DNA of 64,000 bases, from the NCBI GenBank assembly GCA_947626805.1, contig CANQTR010000002.1, positions 1,733 through 65,732 on the forward strand. The letters are read 5' to 3'. Position numbers and translations under genes: made by a program. Shown piece by piece: positions 45,921 to 54,886 of this stretch. The first letter of the stretch is position 1. Each line of letters starts with the position of its first letter. The notes under the pieces are model-generated. The model made no database searches and had not been told where the DNA came from. It saw only the letters and a program-made list of their open reading frames with translations. This DNA is from an uncultured Clostridia bacterium. Lineage in GTDB: Bacteria; Bacillota; Clostridia; Oscillospirales; CAG-382.

Positions 45921-47294
45921 TCAGTTGGCTTTTTCTTTTCGCTCCGCGAGCGGCACATACGGCAGTTGGTCGAGGTTGGCGCGGTAGGCGGGACGCATGA
46001 TTCGGTGGCAGGTCGCCAATTCCTCCATGCGGTGCGCGCACCAGCCGGCCGAACGGGACACCGCGAACAGCGGGGTGAACAGTTCCGGCGGGATTCGCAG
46101 CATTCGGTATACCAAACCGGAATACAAATCCACGTTCGCGCAGACCGTGTCCTCGTTGCGCTTGGACGCGAGAATCGCCGGGGAGAGCCGCTCTATCGCG
46201 TCGAGCAGCAGGAAGTCCTCGCCGAATCCCCGCTCCTCCGCCATCTTTCCGGCTTCCGCCTTGAGGATTTTCGCGCGCGGGTCGCTCTTGGTATAGACCG
46301 CGTGGCCCATGCCGTAGATACGCCCGCTGCCGTCGCCGGCCTCCTTGCGGAAGATTTTCTGCAGATAGGCGCTGATTTCCTCGTCGTCGTGCGGGTCGCG
46401 GACGTTCGCGCGGATTTCGTCGAGCATTTTATTGACGCTGATGTTCGCGCCGCCGTGCCACGAACCCTTCAGCGAACCGATGCCCGCCGCGAGCGCGGAA
46501 TAGGTATCCGTTCGGGAGGAGGTCAAAAGGCGGACGGAAAACGTCGAGTTGTTCCCGCCGCCGTGCTCGGCGTGCAGAATCAGGCATTTGTCCAGCAAAA
46601 GCGCCTCCTCGCGCGTATAGGAGCGGTCGACGCGGAGCATGGACAGGATATTCTCCGCCGTGCTCAATCCCTGCAGCGGCGCGTAGATGAAGTAATCCTG
46701 GGTATCGTAGACGTGCTTTTTCGCCTGGTATCCCGCCGTCATGATGCTCGGCAGACGGGCGACCAGCGAGAGCGATTGCCGCAGGACGTTCTCCATTGAG
46801 AGGTCGTCCGGGTTTTCGTCGTAACTGTACAGCGCAAGGACGCTCCGCGCCATCTTGTTCATGATGTCCCGGCTCGCCGCCTTGAGGATCATGTCCTCGA
46901 TGAAGTCGTGCGGGAGCACCCGGTACTCCTCCATGAGCGAATTGAACGCGACGATTTCCTGCTCGGTCGGCAGATAGCCGAACAGCAACAGCCAAACGGT
47001 TTCCTCAAACCCGAACCGGTCGTCCCGCAGGCAGCCGTTCACGATGTCCTGCACGTCGATTCCGCGGTAGCGCAGTTCGCCCTCGCACGGGACGCGTTCG
47101 TACTCGTTGATGACATAGCCGTGCACGTTGCTGATACGCGTAATGCCCGCGACGACGCCGGTGCCGTCCTGGTTGCGCAGTCCGCGGCGCACGCCGTATT
47201 TCGTATAGAGGGACTCTTCAAACGGCTCGTTCTTGCGCATTTTGCAGAACAGCGTTTGCAGGTCCATTTTTTTGTCCGTATTGTAGTCCGTCAT
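45921..47294 (-). CDS. Citrate synthase (citrate/2-methylcitrate synthase family)
   Basis: Contains LILHAEHGGGNNSTF ... GSLKGSWHGGAN ... IYGMGHAVY ... NVDLYSGLVY. Confidence 0.9.
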   Translation of the reverse strand: MTDYNTDKKMDLQTLFCKMRKNEPFEESLYTKYGVRRGLRNQDGTGVVAGITRISNVHGYVINEYERVPCEGELRYRGIDVQDIVNGCLRDDRFGFEETVWLLLFGYLPTEQEIVAFNSLMEEYRVLPHDFIEDMILKAASRDIMNKMARSVLALYSYDENPDDLSMENVLRQSLSLVARLPSIMTAGYQAKKHVYDTQDYFIYAPLQGLSTAENILSMLRVDRSYTREEALLLDKCLILHAEHGGGNNSTFSVRLLTSSRTDTYSALAAGIGSLKGSWHGGANISVNKMLDEIRANVRDPHDDEEISAYLQKIFRKEAGDGSGRIYGMGHAVYTKSDPRAKILKAEAGKMAEERGFGEDFLLLDAIERLSPAILASKRNEDTVCANVDLYSGLVYRMLRIPPELFTPLFAVSRSAGWCAHRMEELATCHRIMRPAYRANLDQLPYVPLAERKEKAN

Positions 47295-47329
47295 CGGAAG
47301 TTCATTCCCTTTCGTATGCTGATAGAGAC

Positions 47330-47358
47330 AGTATAGCACACCGGCGCGATTCTGTCAA
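47330..47358 (-). promoter_or_regulatory. Sigma-A-type promoter (TTGACA-17-TGcTATACT) of the citrate synthase-aconitase-icd operon
   Basis: The minus strand reads ttgacagaatcgcgccggtgtgctatact, about 35 nt upstream of the ATG. Confidence 0.7.
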
Positions 47359-47476
47359 CCGAGAATGAATGAAAAAATAGCAAAAATTGCATTTTCTCGT
47401 AAATAGAACAAACCAAATGCCGAAAACTGACCATTATATGACGGATTCTGCAATAGATTTTCCTCAAAAATGCAAA

Positions 47477-48655
47477 TCACAGCCCTTTGCGGATACGTTC
47501 GACAGCGATTTCGGTGTTTTCGCGGCTCCCGAAACCGGTCAGGCGGAAGTACCCTTCCCCGTTTCTGCCGAATCCGCTGCCCGGCGTGCCGACGATATGG
47601 AGGTTCCCGAGCAGTTCGTCGAAGAAGTCCCAACTCTTTTTTCCGCCCGGCGCGCGAAGCCAGACGTAGGGAGAGTTCTTTCCGCCGGTGTAGAAAATCC
47701 CCTTCTCCTCCAGAACGCCCGCGAGCAGACGGGTGTTCGCCTTGTAGTAGGCGATGTTTTCCTTGCATTGCGCGAGCCCTTCCGGCGTAAAGACCGCGGC
47801 GGCGCCGCGCTGGATAATATAGGAAACGCCGTTGTGTTTGGTGGACTGCCGGCGCAGCCAGAGGCGGTTGAGGGATTCGCCTTCCCGTTCGAGCTCTTCC
47901 GGAATGACCGTGTAGCCGCAACGCGTCCCCGTGAACCCCGCCGTTTTGGAAAGCGAGCAAATCTCAATCGCACAGGTCCGCGCGCCCTCTATCTCGAAGA
48001 TGGAGTGCGGGCATTCGGGCTCCTCGATGAACGCCTCGTAAGCGGCGTCGAACAGAATCAGCGCCTGCCGCTCGTTCGCGTAATCCACCCACGCTTTCAG
48101 CCCGTCGCGGGTATAGACCGCGCCGGTCGGGTTGTTCGGCGAGCAGATGTAAATCAAATCCGCGTCGACGGACGGGTCGGGGGCGGGCGTAAAACCGTTT
48201 TCCGCGTTGCCGTCGATGTAGACCACCTTCCGCCCCGCCATGACGTTCGTATCGACGTACACCGGGTAGACCGGGTCCGGCACAAGCACGGTATTCTCCT
48301 GTGCGAACAGGTCGAGCAGGTTCGCCACGTCGTTTTTGGCGCCGTCGGAGATGAACACGTCGTTCGGTTTCAGTTCCACGCCGAAGGAGTGGTAATACCC
48401 CCGCACGGCCTCCCGCAGGAACGGGTAGCCGGGGTAGTCGCCGTAGCCTTTGAAGGTCTCCTTGACCCCCATTTCCCGACTCGCGTCGACCATCGCGTCG
48501 ACGCAGACTTGCGGCAGGGGGAGCGTGACGTCGCCGATGCCCATCTTGATGACCGGGGCGTCCGGGTAGGCGGCGAGGTAGTCGTTCAGGCGGTTCGCTA
48601 TCGTCGCGAACAGGTAACTGTCCTGTAAATTCTTGAAATTTCCGTTGATTTTCAT
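47477..48655 (-). CDS. dapL: LL-diaminopimelate aminotransferase
   Basis: Contains MKINGNFKNLQDSYLFATIANRLNDYLAAYPDAPVIKMGIGDVTLPL ... GYGDYPGYPFLREA ... SLSKTAGFTGTRCGY. Confidence 0.88.
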   Translation of the reverse strand: MKINGNFKNLQDSYLFATIANRLNDYLAAYPDAPVIKMGIGDVTLPLPQVCVDAMVDASREMGVKETFKGYGDYPGYPFLREAVRGYYHSFGVELKPNDVFISDGAKNDVANLLDLFAQENTVLVPDPVYPVYVDTNVMAGRKVVYIDGNAENGFTPAPDPSVDADLIYICSPNNPTGAVYTRDGLKAWVDYANERQALILFDAAYEAFIEEPECPHSIFEIEGARTCAIEICSLSKTAGFTGTRCGYTVIPEELEREGESLNRLWLRRQSTKHNGVSYIIQRGAAAVFTPEGLAQCKENIAYYKANTRLLAGVLEEKGIFYTGGKNSPYVWLRAPGGKKSWDFFDELLGNLHIVGTPGSGFGRNGEGYFRLTGFGSRENTEIAVERIRKGL

Positions 48656-48662
48656 GGTTTCC

Positions 48663-49514
48663 TCATTTCGTTTCGTCGAACAGGTAGACCCCATGGCAGA
48701 CCGTTACGGCCGGCCCCTGCATGCGGACCTGTTCGTCGGTATAGGTGATTTGTAAGTCCCCGCCGCGCAGGGAAACGGTAATCGGTTCGCCCTTCGGGCA
48801 AAAGCCGTTCTCGACGGCGGCGACGACGGCGGCGCAGGCGCCGGTCCCGCAGGCGAGGGTTTCCCCGCTCCCGCGCTCCCAGACCCGCATATGCAGGTGC
48901 GTCCGATTCGCGACGCGCACGAATTCCGTGTTGACGCGCTCCGGGAACAGCGGCGCATATTCGAACGCCGGACCGAGTTCCGCGAGCGGTAGCGCCGACG
49001 GGTCGTCCGTAAATACCACGCAGTGCGGGTTGCCCATGCTGACGCAAGTGATACGGCAGGCGTTTCCGCCGATTTGCACTTGACGGTCGACGACCGACGG
49101 ACCGCTCAGCAGGACCGGGATACGCGACGGGTCGAGAATCGCTTGTCCCATCTCCACCGCCGCTCCGATTACCTCGCCGTCGGCAAATTGCAAGCGAATC
49201 TCCTTCACCCCGCAAAGGGTTTCGATTCGCAGGACGTCCTTTCGGGCGATTCCCTCGTCGTACAGGAATTTCGCGACACAGCGGATTCCGTTGCCGCACA
49301 TTTGCGCCTCGCTTCCGTCGGCGTTGAAAATACGCATCTTCGCGTCCGCGCGGTCCGACGGGCCGATGAAAATCGCGCCGTCCCCGCCGACGCCGAACCG
49401 ACGGTCGGACACCTTCCGCGCGAGCGCCGCACGGTCCGGCAGGCTTTGCGTGAATTCCGAAAAATAGACGTAGTCGTTCCCGCAACCGTGCATTTTGGTA
49501 AACCGAAGTTCCAT
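48663..49514 (-). CDS. dapF: Diaminopimelate epimerase
   Basis: Contains MELRFTKMHGCGNDYVYF ... NADGSEAQMCGNGIRC ... ERGSGETLACGTGACA. A ggaggga RBS is present. Confidence 0.92.
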   Translation of the reverse strand: MELRFTKMHGCGNDYVYFSEFTQSLPDRAALARKVSDRRFGVGGDGAIFIGPSDRADAKMRIFNADGSEAQMCGNGIRCVAKFLYDEGIARKDVLRIETLCGVKEIRLQFADGEVIGAAVEMGQAILDPSRIPVLLSGPSVVDRQVQIGGNACRITCVSMGNPHCVVFTDDPSALPLAELGPAFEYAPLFPERVNTEFVRVANRTHLHMRVWERGSGETLACGTGACAAVVAAVENGFCPKGEPITVSLRGGDLQITYTDEQVRMQGPAVTVCHGVYLFDETK

Positions 49515-49524
49515 TCGCTCCCTC

Positions 49525-50298
49525 CTATGCTTTCGCGGGGGCCTGTAACGCCTCCCGCAAGAGGTCCTCCATCGTGAAAAAGCCGCTCTGTTTCCCCTTG
49601 AGAAATTCCGCCGCGCGGAGCGCGCCTTGCGCGAACAGGGTGCGCCCGATGGCTGTGTGCTTGACGGAAACCACCTCGTCCCCGCAACAGAACAGCACTT
49701 CGTGCTCCCCGACGATGTTTCCGCCGCGAATCGAACTGATGCCGATTTCCGCGTTCGGGCGGGCGCACCGACGGTCGGTGCGGTCGTATACGAGGTCGGT
49801 CTCGCCGGGCAATACCTCGCGAATCGCGTGGGCAATCATCAGCGCCGTGCCGCTCGGGGCGTCGAGTTTTTTGTTGTGGTGTTTTTCGATGATTTCGACG
49901 TCCGCTTTCCCGCCGAGGACGGCCGCCGCCTGACGGCAGAGCGAAATGAGCAGGTGCACGCCGAGCGACATATTCCCGGAATGCAGTACGGCGCATTGCG
50001 CGGAAATGCGGTGTAGCGCGTCGAGTTCCTCCGGCGTATGCCCGGTCGTCGCGACGACCATCGGGGTCCCGGTCCGCTCGGCGAACCGCAACAGGTCGGG
50101 TGTGGAGGTATGCACCGTGAAGTCCACCAGCACGTCCGCGCACTCGGTCACGTCGTCGAGCGAGCGGTACAGCGGAAAATCGCAGGGCTTTTCAAAAGGG
50201 TCGACGCCCGCGACGACGCGGACGCCGGCGGAAGCCGCAGCTTCCGCGACCGCCCGACCCATTCTGCCGCAGGCGCCGTTGAGAATCAAATCCGTCAT
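49525..50298 (-). CDS. dapB: 4-hydroxy-tetrahydrodipicolinate reductase
   Basis: Contains LNGACGRMGRAV ... EIIEKHHNKKLDAPSGTA ... IRGGNIVGEHEV. Confidence 0.92.
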   Translation of the reverse strand: MTDLILNGACGRMGRAVAEAAASAGVRVVAGVDPFEKPCDFPLYRSLDDVTECADVLVDFTVHTSTPDLLRFAERTGTPMVVATTGHTPEELDALHRISAQCAVLHSGNMSLGVHLLISLCRQAAAVLGGKADVEIIEKHHNKKLDAPSGTALMIAHAIREVLPGETDLVYDRTDRRCARPNAEIGISSIRGGNIVGEHEVLFCCGDEVVSVKHTAIGRTLFAQGALRAAEFLKGKQSGFFTMEDLLREALQAPAKA

Positions 50299-50334
50299 GT
50301 TTTTCGTCCTTTCTTTGTGTACGTCCGCGCCGGT

Positions 50335-51225
50335 TCAGAGCAGACCGGCGTCCCGCATGAGCGAATAGAGTTTTTCGTTGTCCGCGTCGTCCATTTCGCA
50401 CAGCGGCATACGCATTTCCCCGGTGCAGTAGCCCATCTTCGCCATCGCGGCTTTGACCGGGATGGGGTTGACCTGCATGAACAACCCGTTAATCAGCGGG
50501 AGGTACTCCAATTGCCGCTTCGCCGCCTCCCGGAAGTTCCCGTCGAGGCAAAGTTGCGTCAGGTCGTGGGTTTCGCGGGGCATGACGTTGGAAAGCACGG
50601 AAATCACGCCCAGCGCGCCCATCGCCATGAGCGGGACGATTTGGTCGTCGTTGCCGCTGTAAATCGCGAGGTCGTCCCCGCAAGCCTCAAAGACCTGCAG
50701 AATGGCGGACAGGTTGCCGCTCGCCTCCTTAGCCGCGACGATGTTCGGGTGCTTGGCGAGTTCCCGGTAAGCGTTGACGGAGATATTCAGTCCCGTCCGG
50801 GACGGGACGTTATAGAGAATATTGGGGATGTCCGCCGCGTCGGCAATCATCTGGAAGTGCCGCACAAGGCTCTTTTGGCTCGCCTTGTTATAGTACGGCG
50901 TGACCAATAGCACCGCGTCCGCCCCGGCGTCCTTCGAGAAGCGGGTCAGTTCGATGGCGTAGTCGGTGTGGTTCGAACCCGCCCCGGCGATGACCGGAAC
51001 GCGGTGGTTGACCTTTTCGACGCTGAAGGCGATGATTTCCTTGTGTTCCCTGTCGGTCAGCGTCGCCGCCTCGGCGGTGGTTCCGCAGACGATGATGGCG
51101 TCGGTGCCGCCTGCTATCTGCTGTTCAAGAATGCGCTCCAAAGCGGGATAATCGACTTCCCCGTCCCGGAACGGCGTAATCAGTGCGACCCCCGCACCGG
51201 TGAAAACCTTCTTTTTCTGTGTCAT
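50335..51225 (-). CDS. dapA: 4-hydroxy-tetrahydrodipicolinate synthase
   Basis: Contains GVALITPF ... IIVCGTTAEAATL ... PVIAGAGSN ... LLVTPYYNK ... LYNVPSRTG. Confidence 0.95.
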   Translation of the reverse strand: MTQKKKVFTGAGVALITPFRDGEVDYPALERILEQQIAGGTDAIIVCGTTAEAATLTDREHKEIIAFSVEKVNHRVPVIAGAGSNHTDYAIELTRFSKDAGADAVLLVTPYYNKASQKSLVRHFQMIADAADIPNILYNVPSRTGLNISVNAYRELAKHPNIVAAKEASGNLSAILQVFEACGDDLAIYSGNDDQIVPLMAMGALGVISVLSNVMPRETHDLTQLCLDGNFREAAKRQLEYLPLINGLFMQVNPIPVKAAMAKMGYCTGEMRMPLCEMDDADNEKLYSLMRDAGLL

Positions 51226-51284
51226 CTCTTACTCATTCCTTTAAAATACGAATCAAAATGCAAGTGCTTTACCAATCCTATCCT

Positions 51285-51313
51285 ATACTATCATGATTTG
51301 ACGAAAAAGTCAA
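51285..51313 (-). promoter_or_regulatory. Sigma-A-type promoter (TTGACT-17-TGaTAGTAT) of the dap operon, overlapped by a palindrome
   Basis: The minus strand reads ttgactttttcgtcaaatcatgatagtat. The palindrome TTTGAC-gaaaaa-GTCAAA (51297-51314) covers the -35 box. Confidence 0.5.
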
Positions 51314-51450
51314 ACCTTTTTTCCGCAAAATTTGAAAAAAACGCTTTCCGCACGCGTTCGCGTAAGGAAAGCCGGAATGCGTGTCCCGTTTTCAGAATAT
51401 GACGTGTCCGCGCAAGTGTGCAAAGGCGTATGTATGCGAAATCCGCAACC

Positions 51451-51486
51451 AAAGAAAGCCCGCCTTTCCCTTGCAGAAAAGGCGGG
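51451..51486 (-). terminator. Rho-independent terminator after the DUF11 gene
   Basis: The minus strand reads CCCGCCTTTtctgcaaggGAAAGGCGGGctttcttt (9-bp stem). Confidence 0.75.
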
Positions 51487-51498
51487 AACGCGGGAAAA

Positions 51499-52353
51499 TC
51501 AAAGCATGCCGCTTACCTGAAGCGTCGCGCTGCCGGGCGTGACCGACCATTCGCCGGTTCGCGCGTCCTGCACGGCGGTCGCCGCCGGAACGGTGATTTG
51601 TCCGGGTACGGTCTGGAAAAGTCCGGTCGCTTCGTTGTAAGTGTATTGCGACGGGGCGGACAGCGGTTCGCCGTCGAGCGCGACCGTGATATCGTGCAGG
51701 ATTGGTGAGAACAGGTCGTTGACCGCGACGCGTTCCCCCGCGTCCGCGTCGGCGAAACCGGTATTGAGCAGGACGAACGTATAGGTCAGCCTGCCGTTTT
51801 CCAGAACGGGTACCGGTAGGATGGATTTCGCGATGGCGAGCGCCGGGACGAACGCCGCCGTGACCGTTTCGCTCGCCGAAAGCGTTTGCGTGAGAGGCGC
51901 GCCCGTGAGGGAAACGGTGTTGCGGATTTGTCCGCCCGAAACGGGCGGGGCATACGAATTGACCGTCGCGCGATAGACGAATTGCAGCGTCCCGCCGGCG
52001 GGAACGGTCAGCCCCGTCACGGTCAGCGGACGAACCGCGGAAACCGTCGGCGCGGACTGCAGGACCCCGTTTACCCAGAGCGTCGCGGAATCGGTCTGAT
52101 ACGTCAGCGGATAGAGCGTCCCCTGCCCGAACGCGTAAGCGCCCAGCGAATCCGTCAGGGTCAGCCCGGAGAAGTCGTTTTCCCCTTCGTTCGCGACGGT
52201 TACCAGATACACCGCCGTACCGCCGACGCGGTAGTCGCCGCTCAGGGCGGTTTTACGGATGGACAGCGCGGGTCGCACCTCGCCGACGGCGAGATTGGAG
52301 CGCAGGGTCGTCGCGTCGTAGGAGAGTTTCGCCTGATTGGTGAAAAGTGCCAT
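51499..52353 (-). CDS. DUF11 (conserved repeat domain) protein, two repeats, no signal peptide
   Basis: ggagg RBS. N-terminus is MALFTNQAKLSYD. The repeats are IRKTALSGDYRVGGTAVYLVTVANEGENDFSGLTLTDSL and IAKSILPVPVLENGRLTYTFVLLNTGFADA ... VNDLF. Confidence 0.7.
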   Translation of the reverse strand: MALFTNQAKLSYDATTLRSNLAVGEVRPALSIRKTALSGDYRVGGTAVYLVTVANEGENDFSGLTLTDSLGAYAFGQGTLYPLTYQTDSATLWVNGVLQSAPTVSAVRPLTVTGLTVPAGGTLQFVYRATVNSYAPPVSGGQIRNTVSLTGAPLTQTLSASETVTAAFVPALAIAKSILPVPVLENGRLTYTFVLLNTGFADADAGERVAVNDLFSPILHDITVALDGEPLSAPSQYTYNEATGLFQTVPGQITVPAATAVQDARTGEWSVTPGSATLQVSGML

Positions 52354-52427
52354 GGTTGTTCCTCCCAATCGGTTGATACAGTATCATTCTATGTGGGAGG
52401 AATCGCGGGGGTGAACGCGAGTGCGCG

Positions 52428-53120
52428 CTATTTCGCGGTTTGGGCTTTGTCCGCCCGCCGGTTTGCGCGCGTGCGCTCTTTTCGGGAAAGGGAGAGGGAC
52501 ATTTTCCCCGTCGATTGCAGGAGTCTGCACCGTTCGTACAGTTCGCCGTGCGCGCGGACGACCAGACGGAGCGCGTGCGGCTCGGTCAGGGAGAATGCCT
52601 GAAAATCGACGGTTTCCGGCCGTTCGCGAAGGGTCTTTTTCCGGCGGTAGGCGCGGAACGGGGAGAACCGTTGGAACGGACGCCCGGTGCGGCAAATCCT
52701 GACCGTCGCGAAGGACGGGAAAAGCCGCCACGGGCGAAATCGGACCTGCTTGACCTCCGCCCAGCAAATCCTGTCGACCCGTTCCGCCTGACAGCGGTAG
52801 TACAGATAAACCGCTTTCTCCGTCACGACGAGCAGATTCGCGCACGCCGTGCGGAGCAGGAACGTCCGCAAGACGAGAACCCCGCCGAGGGATAACCAGA
52901 ACAGGAGCGGGATTCGCCAAGTGCGCGGGACCAGAAACGGAAGGGCGAACAGCGAAACGTACGCGAGCGCTGGCAGGAGCGTTTGCGGGCAGAGGAAGTA
53001 GAACCGCGGGAGCCATTGCCGGAAAATGCAGTCCTCTCCCTCGCAAAACAGGGTCTGCACGAATGCGAAGGCGTCCTCTTTCGGACGAATCGCCGGCTCG
53101 ACCCAAATGCTTTTCCGCAC
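52428..53120 (-). CDS. Hypothetical membrane protein (2-3 TM, basic C-terminal tail)
   Basis: Hydrophobic segments are LLPALAYVSLFALPFLV and IPLLFWLSLGGVLVLRTFLL. I recognise no family (possibly bacterial PH-like). Confidence 0.5.
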   Translation of the reverse strand: MRKSIWVEPAIRPKEDAFAFVQTLFCEGEDCIFRQWLPRFYFLCPQTLLPALAYVSLFALPFLVPRTWRIPLLFWLSLGGVLVLRTFLLRTACANLLVVTEKAVYLYYRCQAERVDRICWAEVKQVRFRPWRLFPSFATVRICRTGRPFQRFSPFRAYRRKKTLRERPETVDFQAFSLTEPHALRLVVRAHGELYERCRLLQSTGKMSLSLSRKERTRANRRADKAQTAK

Positions 53121-53157
53121 GGATTCTCCCCTCTTTTCTGTACGATATTCGACCGCC

Positions 53158-53598
53158 TTACCCTTTGCGTATCACCCCGCAGGCGATTTTGGTCCCGGCG
53201 TTTCCGGACGGCTGGGTTTTGAAATCGTCCGGGTCGCCGTGAATCACGACCGTCCGACCGATGACGTCCCGCAGCGCAAAGCGGTCGGTCAGCACCGCAA
53301 GACTTGCCGTCCCGTTCGCCGACAGCAGCGGCGGAAGGTCCCCGGCGTGGTTGGGGTGCTCCCGCCCGTAGGGATTGTAATGGCTTCCCGTGTTCGGAAA
53401 GCCCGCGCCGCGGCAGTCCTTCCCCTCGTGGATATGGAACGCGAAAAAGCCCGTTTCCGTGTCCGGCAGACCGTTGATTTCGGCGACGACCAGAACGCCG
53501 TCGTTCCTTTGATAGAATTTGACCGTGCCGGAAATACCCGGGGCGGATTCCCCGCCGACGATATCGGCGACAGCCGTTGCATGGTTCATTCGTTGCAT
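53158..53598 (-). CDS. sodC: Cu/Zn superoxide dismutase family protein, no signal peptide
   Basis: Contains FAFHIHEGKDC ... GSHYNPYGREHPNHAGDLPPL ... VVIHGDPDD ... GNAGTKIACGVI; all Cu and Zn ligand positions appear present. Confidence 0.85.
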   Translation of the reverse strand: MQRMNHATAVADIVGGESAPGISGTVKFYQRNDGVLVVAEINGLPDTETGFFAFHIHEGKDCRGAGFPNTGSHYNPYGREHPNHAGDLPPLLSANGTASLAVLTDRFALRDVIGRTVVIHGDPDDFKTQPSGNAGTKIACGVIRKG

Positions 53599-53654
53599 AT
53601 CGTTTCCTCCTTACTGTAAACGATATGCGGCGAACGCGCAACGGGACATAGAAA

Positions 53655-54359
53655 TTACGCTTTGTTCAGGAATTGCTCCAAAATGAACGTCGCGATACAG
53701 CGGTTCAGTTCCCTTTCCGCGTCGCCGTTTTTCTCCGCCTGCCGGACCCGTTCGACCGCCTCCCGCACAAACGCGTCCTCTCGCACCTCCAACGGAAATA
53801 CGTCGAGCGGCAGGGATTCCCCCGCGAACAGCGTGCCGAGTATTTCGCCGAACAGCGTTGCATACCGCTTTGCGCCGATATGAAGGACCGCGTAGAGCAT
53901 TTCCTCGCTTTTCGGGCTGCTCAGCACGATGTCGGCGCCTTCCCGCACGGCTTTGCGGAATTCCAGCACGCGGACCAGCACCTGTTCCGGCTCGCTCAGC
54001 GAAAGGAAGGTTTGCCGGATTGCCGACGCTTCGAAGAATTTGTCCATGCGGAACGGCGAAAGTTGGACTTCCCCGCCGTTTTCGTGCAAATAAAAGACCC
54101 CGTTTTCGTCGCGGTCCTTCCACCCGGTGCGGCGAAGTTCGATTTCGTAAGAATCCGACGAATGCGGCAGAAAGCAGTTGTATTCGATGCTGTTGACGTC
54201 GTGGATAAAGTATACGGGCGCGCGGTCGACCGTCATGTCGGCGCTGTCGCCGTTTTCCAAAGCGCAAACCGGTTCGCCGTTGATACAGAGGAAATTGGTA
54301 AGGGCGTATCCGGCGAACCCCATTTCGCGGAACAGCCGAAAGCGAACTTTTCCGTCCAT
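53655..54359 (-). CDS. Hypothetical protein (234 aa)
   Basis: ATG at 54359 follows aaaggtg, and a sigma-A-type promoter lies 40 nt upstream. I recognise no family. Confidence 0.55.
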   Translation of the reverse strand: MDGKVRFRLFREMGFAGYALTNFLCINGEPVCALENGDSADMTVDRAPVYFIHDVNSIEYNCFLPHSSDSYEIELRRTGWKDRDENGVFYLHENGGEVQLSPFRMDKFFEASAIRQTFLSLSEPEQVLVRVLEFRKAVREGADIVLSSPKSEEMLYAVLHIGAKRYATLFGEILGTLFAGESLPLDVFPLEVREDAFVREAVERVRQAEKNGDAERELNRCIATFILEQFLNKA

Positions 54360-54400
54360 TTTGCACACCTTTCTTTGTCGAAATCGCGCATAACACGGAC

Positions 54401-54429
54401 AGTATAGCATATTCCGCGCTTTCCGTCAA
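54401..54429 (-). promoter_or_regulatory. Sigma-A-type promoter (TTGACG-17-TGcTATACT)
   Basis: The minus strand reads ttgacggaaagcgcggaatatgctatact. Confidence 0.65.
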
Positions 54430-54467
54430 GCCGCTTTCGGGAAGAAATTTCCGTGCGCGGGAACGGA

Positions 54468-54514
54468 AAAAGCGAAACGGGACGCGCGGCGAGGACCGCG
54501 TATCCCGTTTTTTC
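54468..54514. terminator. Bidirectional-looking rho-independent terminator after spoVAEB
   Basis: ACGGGAcGCGCGGcgaggaCCGCGtaTCCCGT, flanked by an A-run upstream and a T-run downstream. Confidence 0.7.
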
Positions 54515-54520
54515 GGTTTG

Positions 54521-54883
54521 CTATTTTTGCTTTGACTTGAACAGCAGGCTCCAGATGAGCGCGAAGAACAGCGACGCGGAAACGCCGGTCGCCGCGGCGG
54601 TCAGACCGCCGGAAAGCGCGCCGAGCAGACCGTCGGTCTTTACCGCCTCCCGTACGCCCTCCGCCAACGCGTGACCGAACCCGGTCAGCGGGACGGCGGC
54701 GCCGCACCCGGCAAATTCCTTGAGAGGGCCGTACAGCCCGACCGCGCTGAGCACCACGCCCGCGCAAACGTACCCGGTCAGAATGCGCGCCGGCGTCAGT
54801 TTGGTCAGGTCTATCAGCAATTGCGCGGCGACGCAAAACAGTCCGCCGACCCAGAAAGCGTGGAAAAATTGCAACCAATCCAT
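54521..54883 (-). CDS. spoVAEB: Stage V sporulation protein AE (SpoVAEB type)
   Basis: Contains FHAFWVGGLFCVAAQLLID ... GCGAAVPLTGFGHAL, the SpoVAC/SpoVAEB family text. Confidence 0.85.
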   Translation of the reverse strand: MDWLQFFHAFWVGGLFCVAAQLLIDLTKLTPARILTGYVCAGVVLSAVGLYGPLKEFAGCGAAVPLTGFGHALAEGVREAVKTDGLLGALSGGLTAAATGVSASLFFALIWSLLFKSKQK

Positions 54884-54886
54884 GCG

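Noticed and set aside
42758-46000. 1080-aa ORF on the plus strand spanning 3.2 kb
   Set aside because: It is antisense to icd and aconitase, both of which carry unmistakable family motifs. The translation is Arg/Gly/Val-rich low-information text with no RBS or promoter. In GC-rich DNA the antisense frame is often stop-free because TTA/CTA/TCA codons are rare.
48663-49835. Tracked 390-aa version of the dapF ORF, and the 5' extensions of several other tracked ORFs (for example 1976, 25126, 27192, 30555, 32408, 45958c, 47339c, 48694c, 54410c, 61779c, 62545)
   Set aside because: The extensions overlap upstream genes or promoters and lack an RBS. In each case an internal ATG with a Shine-Dalgarno sequence reproduces the canonical family N-terminus.
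51226-51330. Expected a lysine (L-box) riboswitch upstream of dapA
   Set aside because: The leader between the readable promoter and the ATG is only about 55 nt and lacks the conserved L-box helices.
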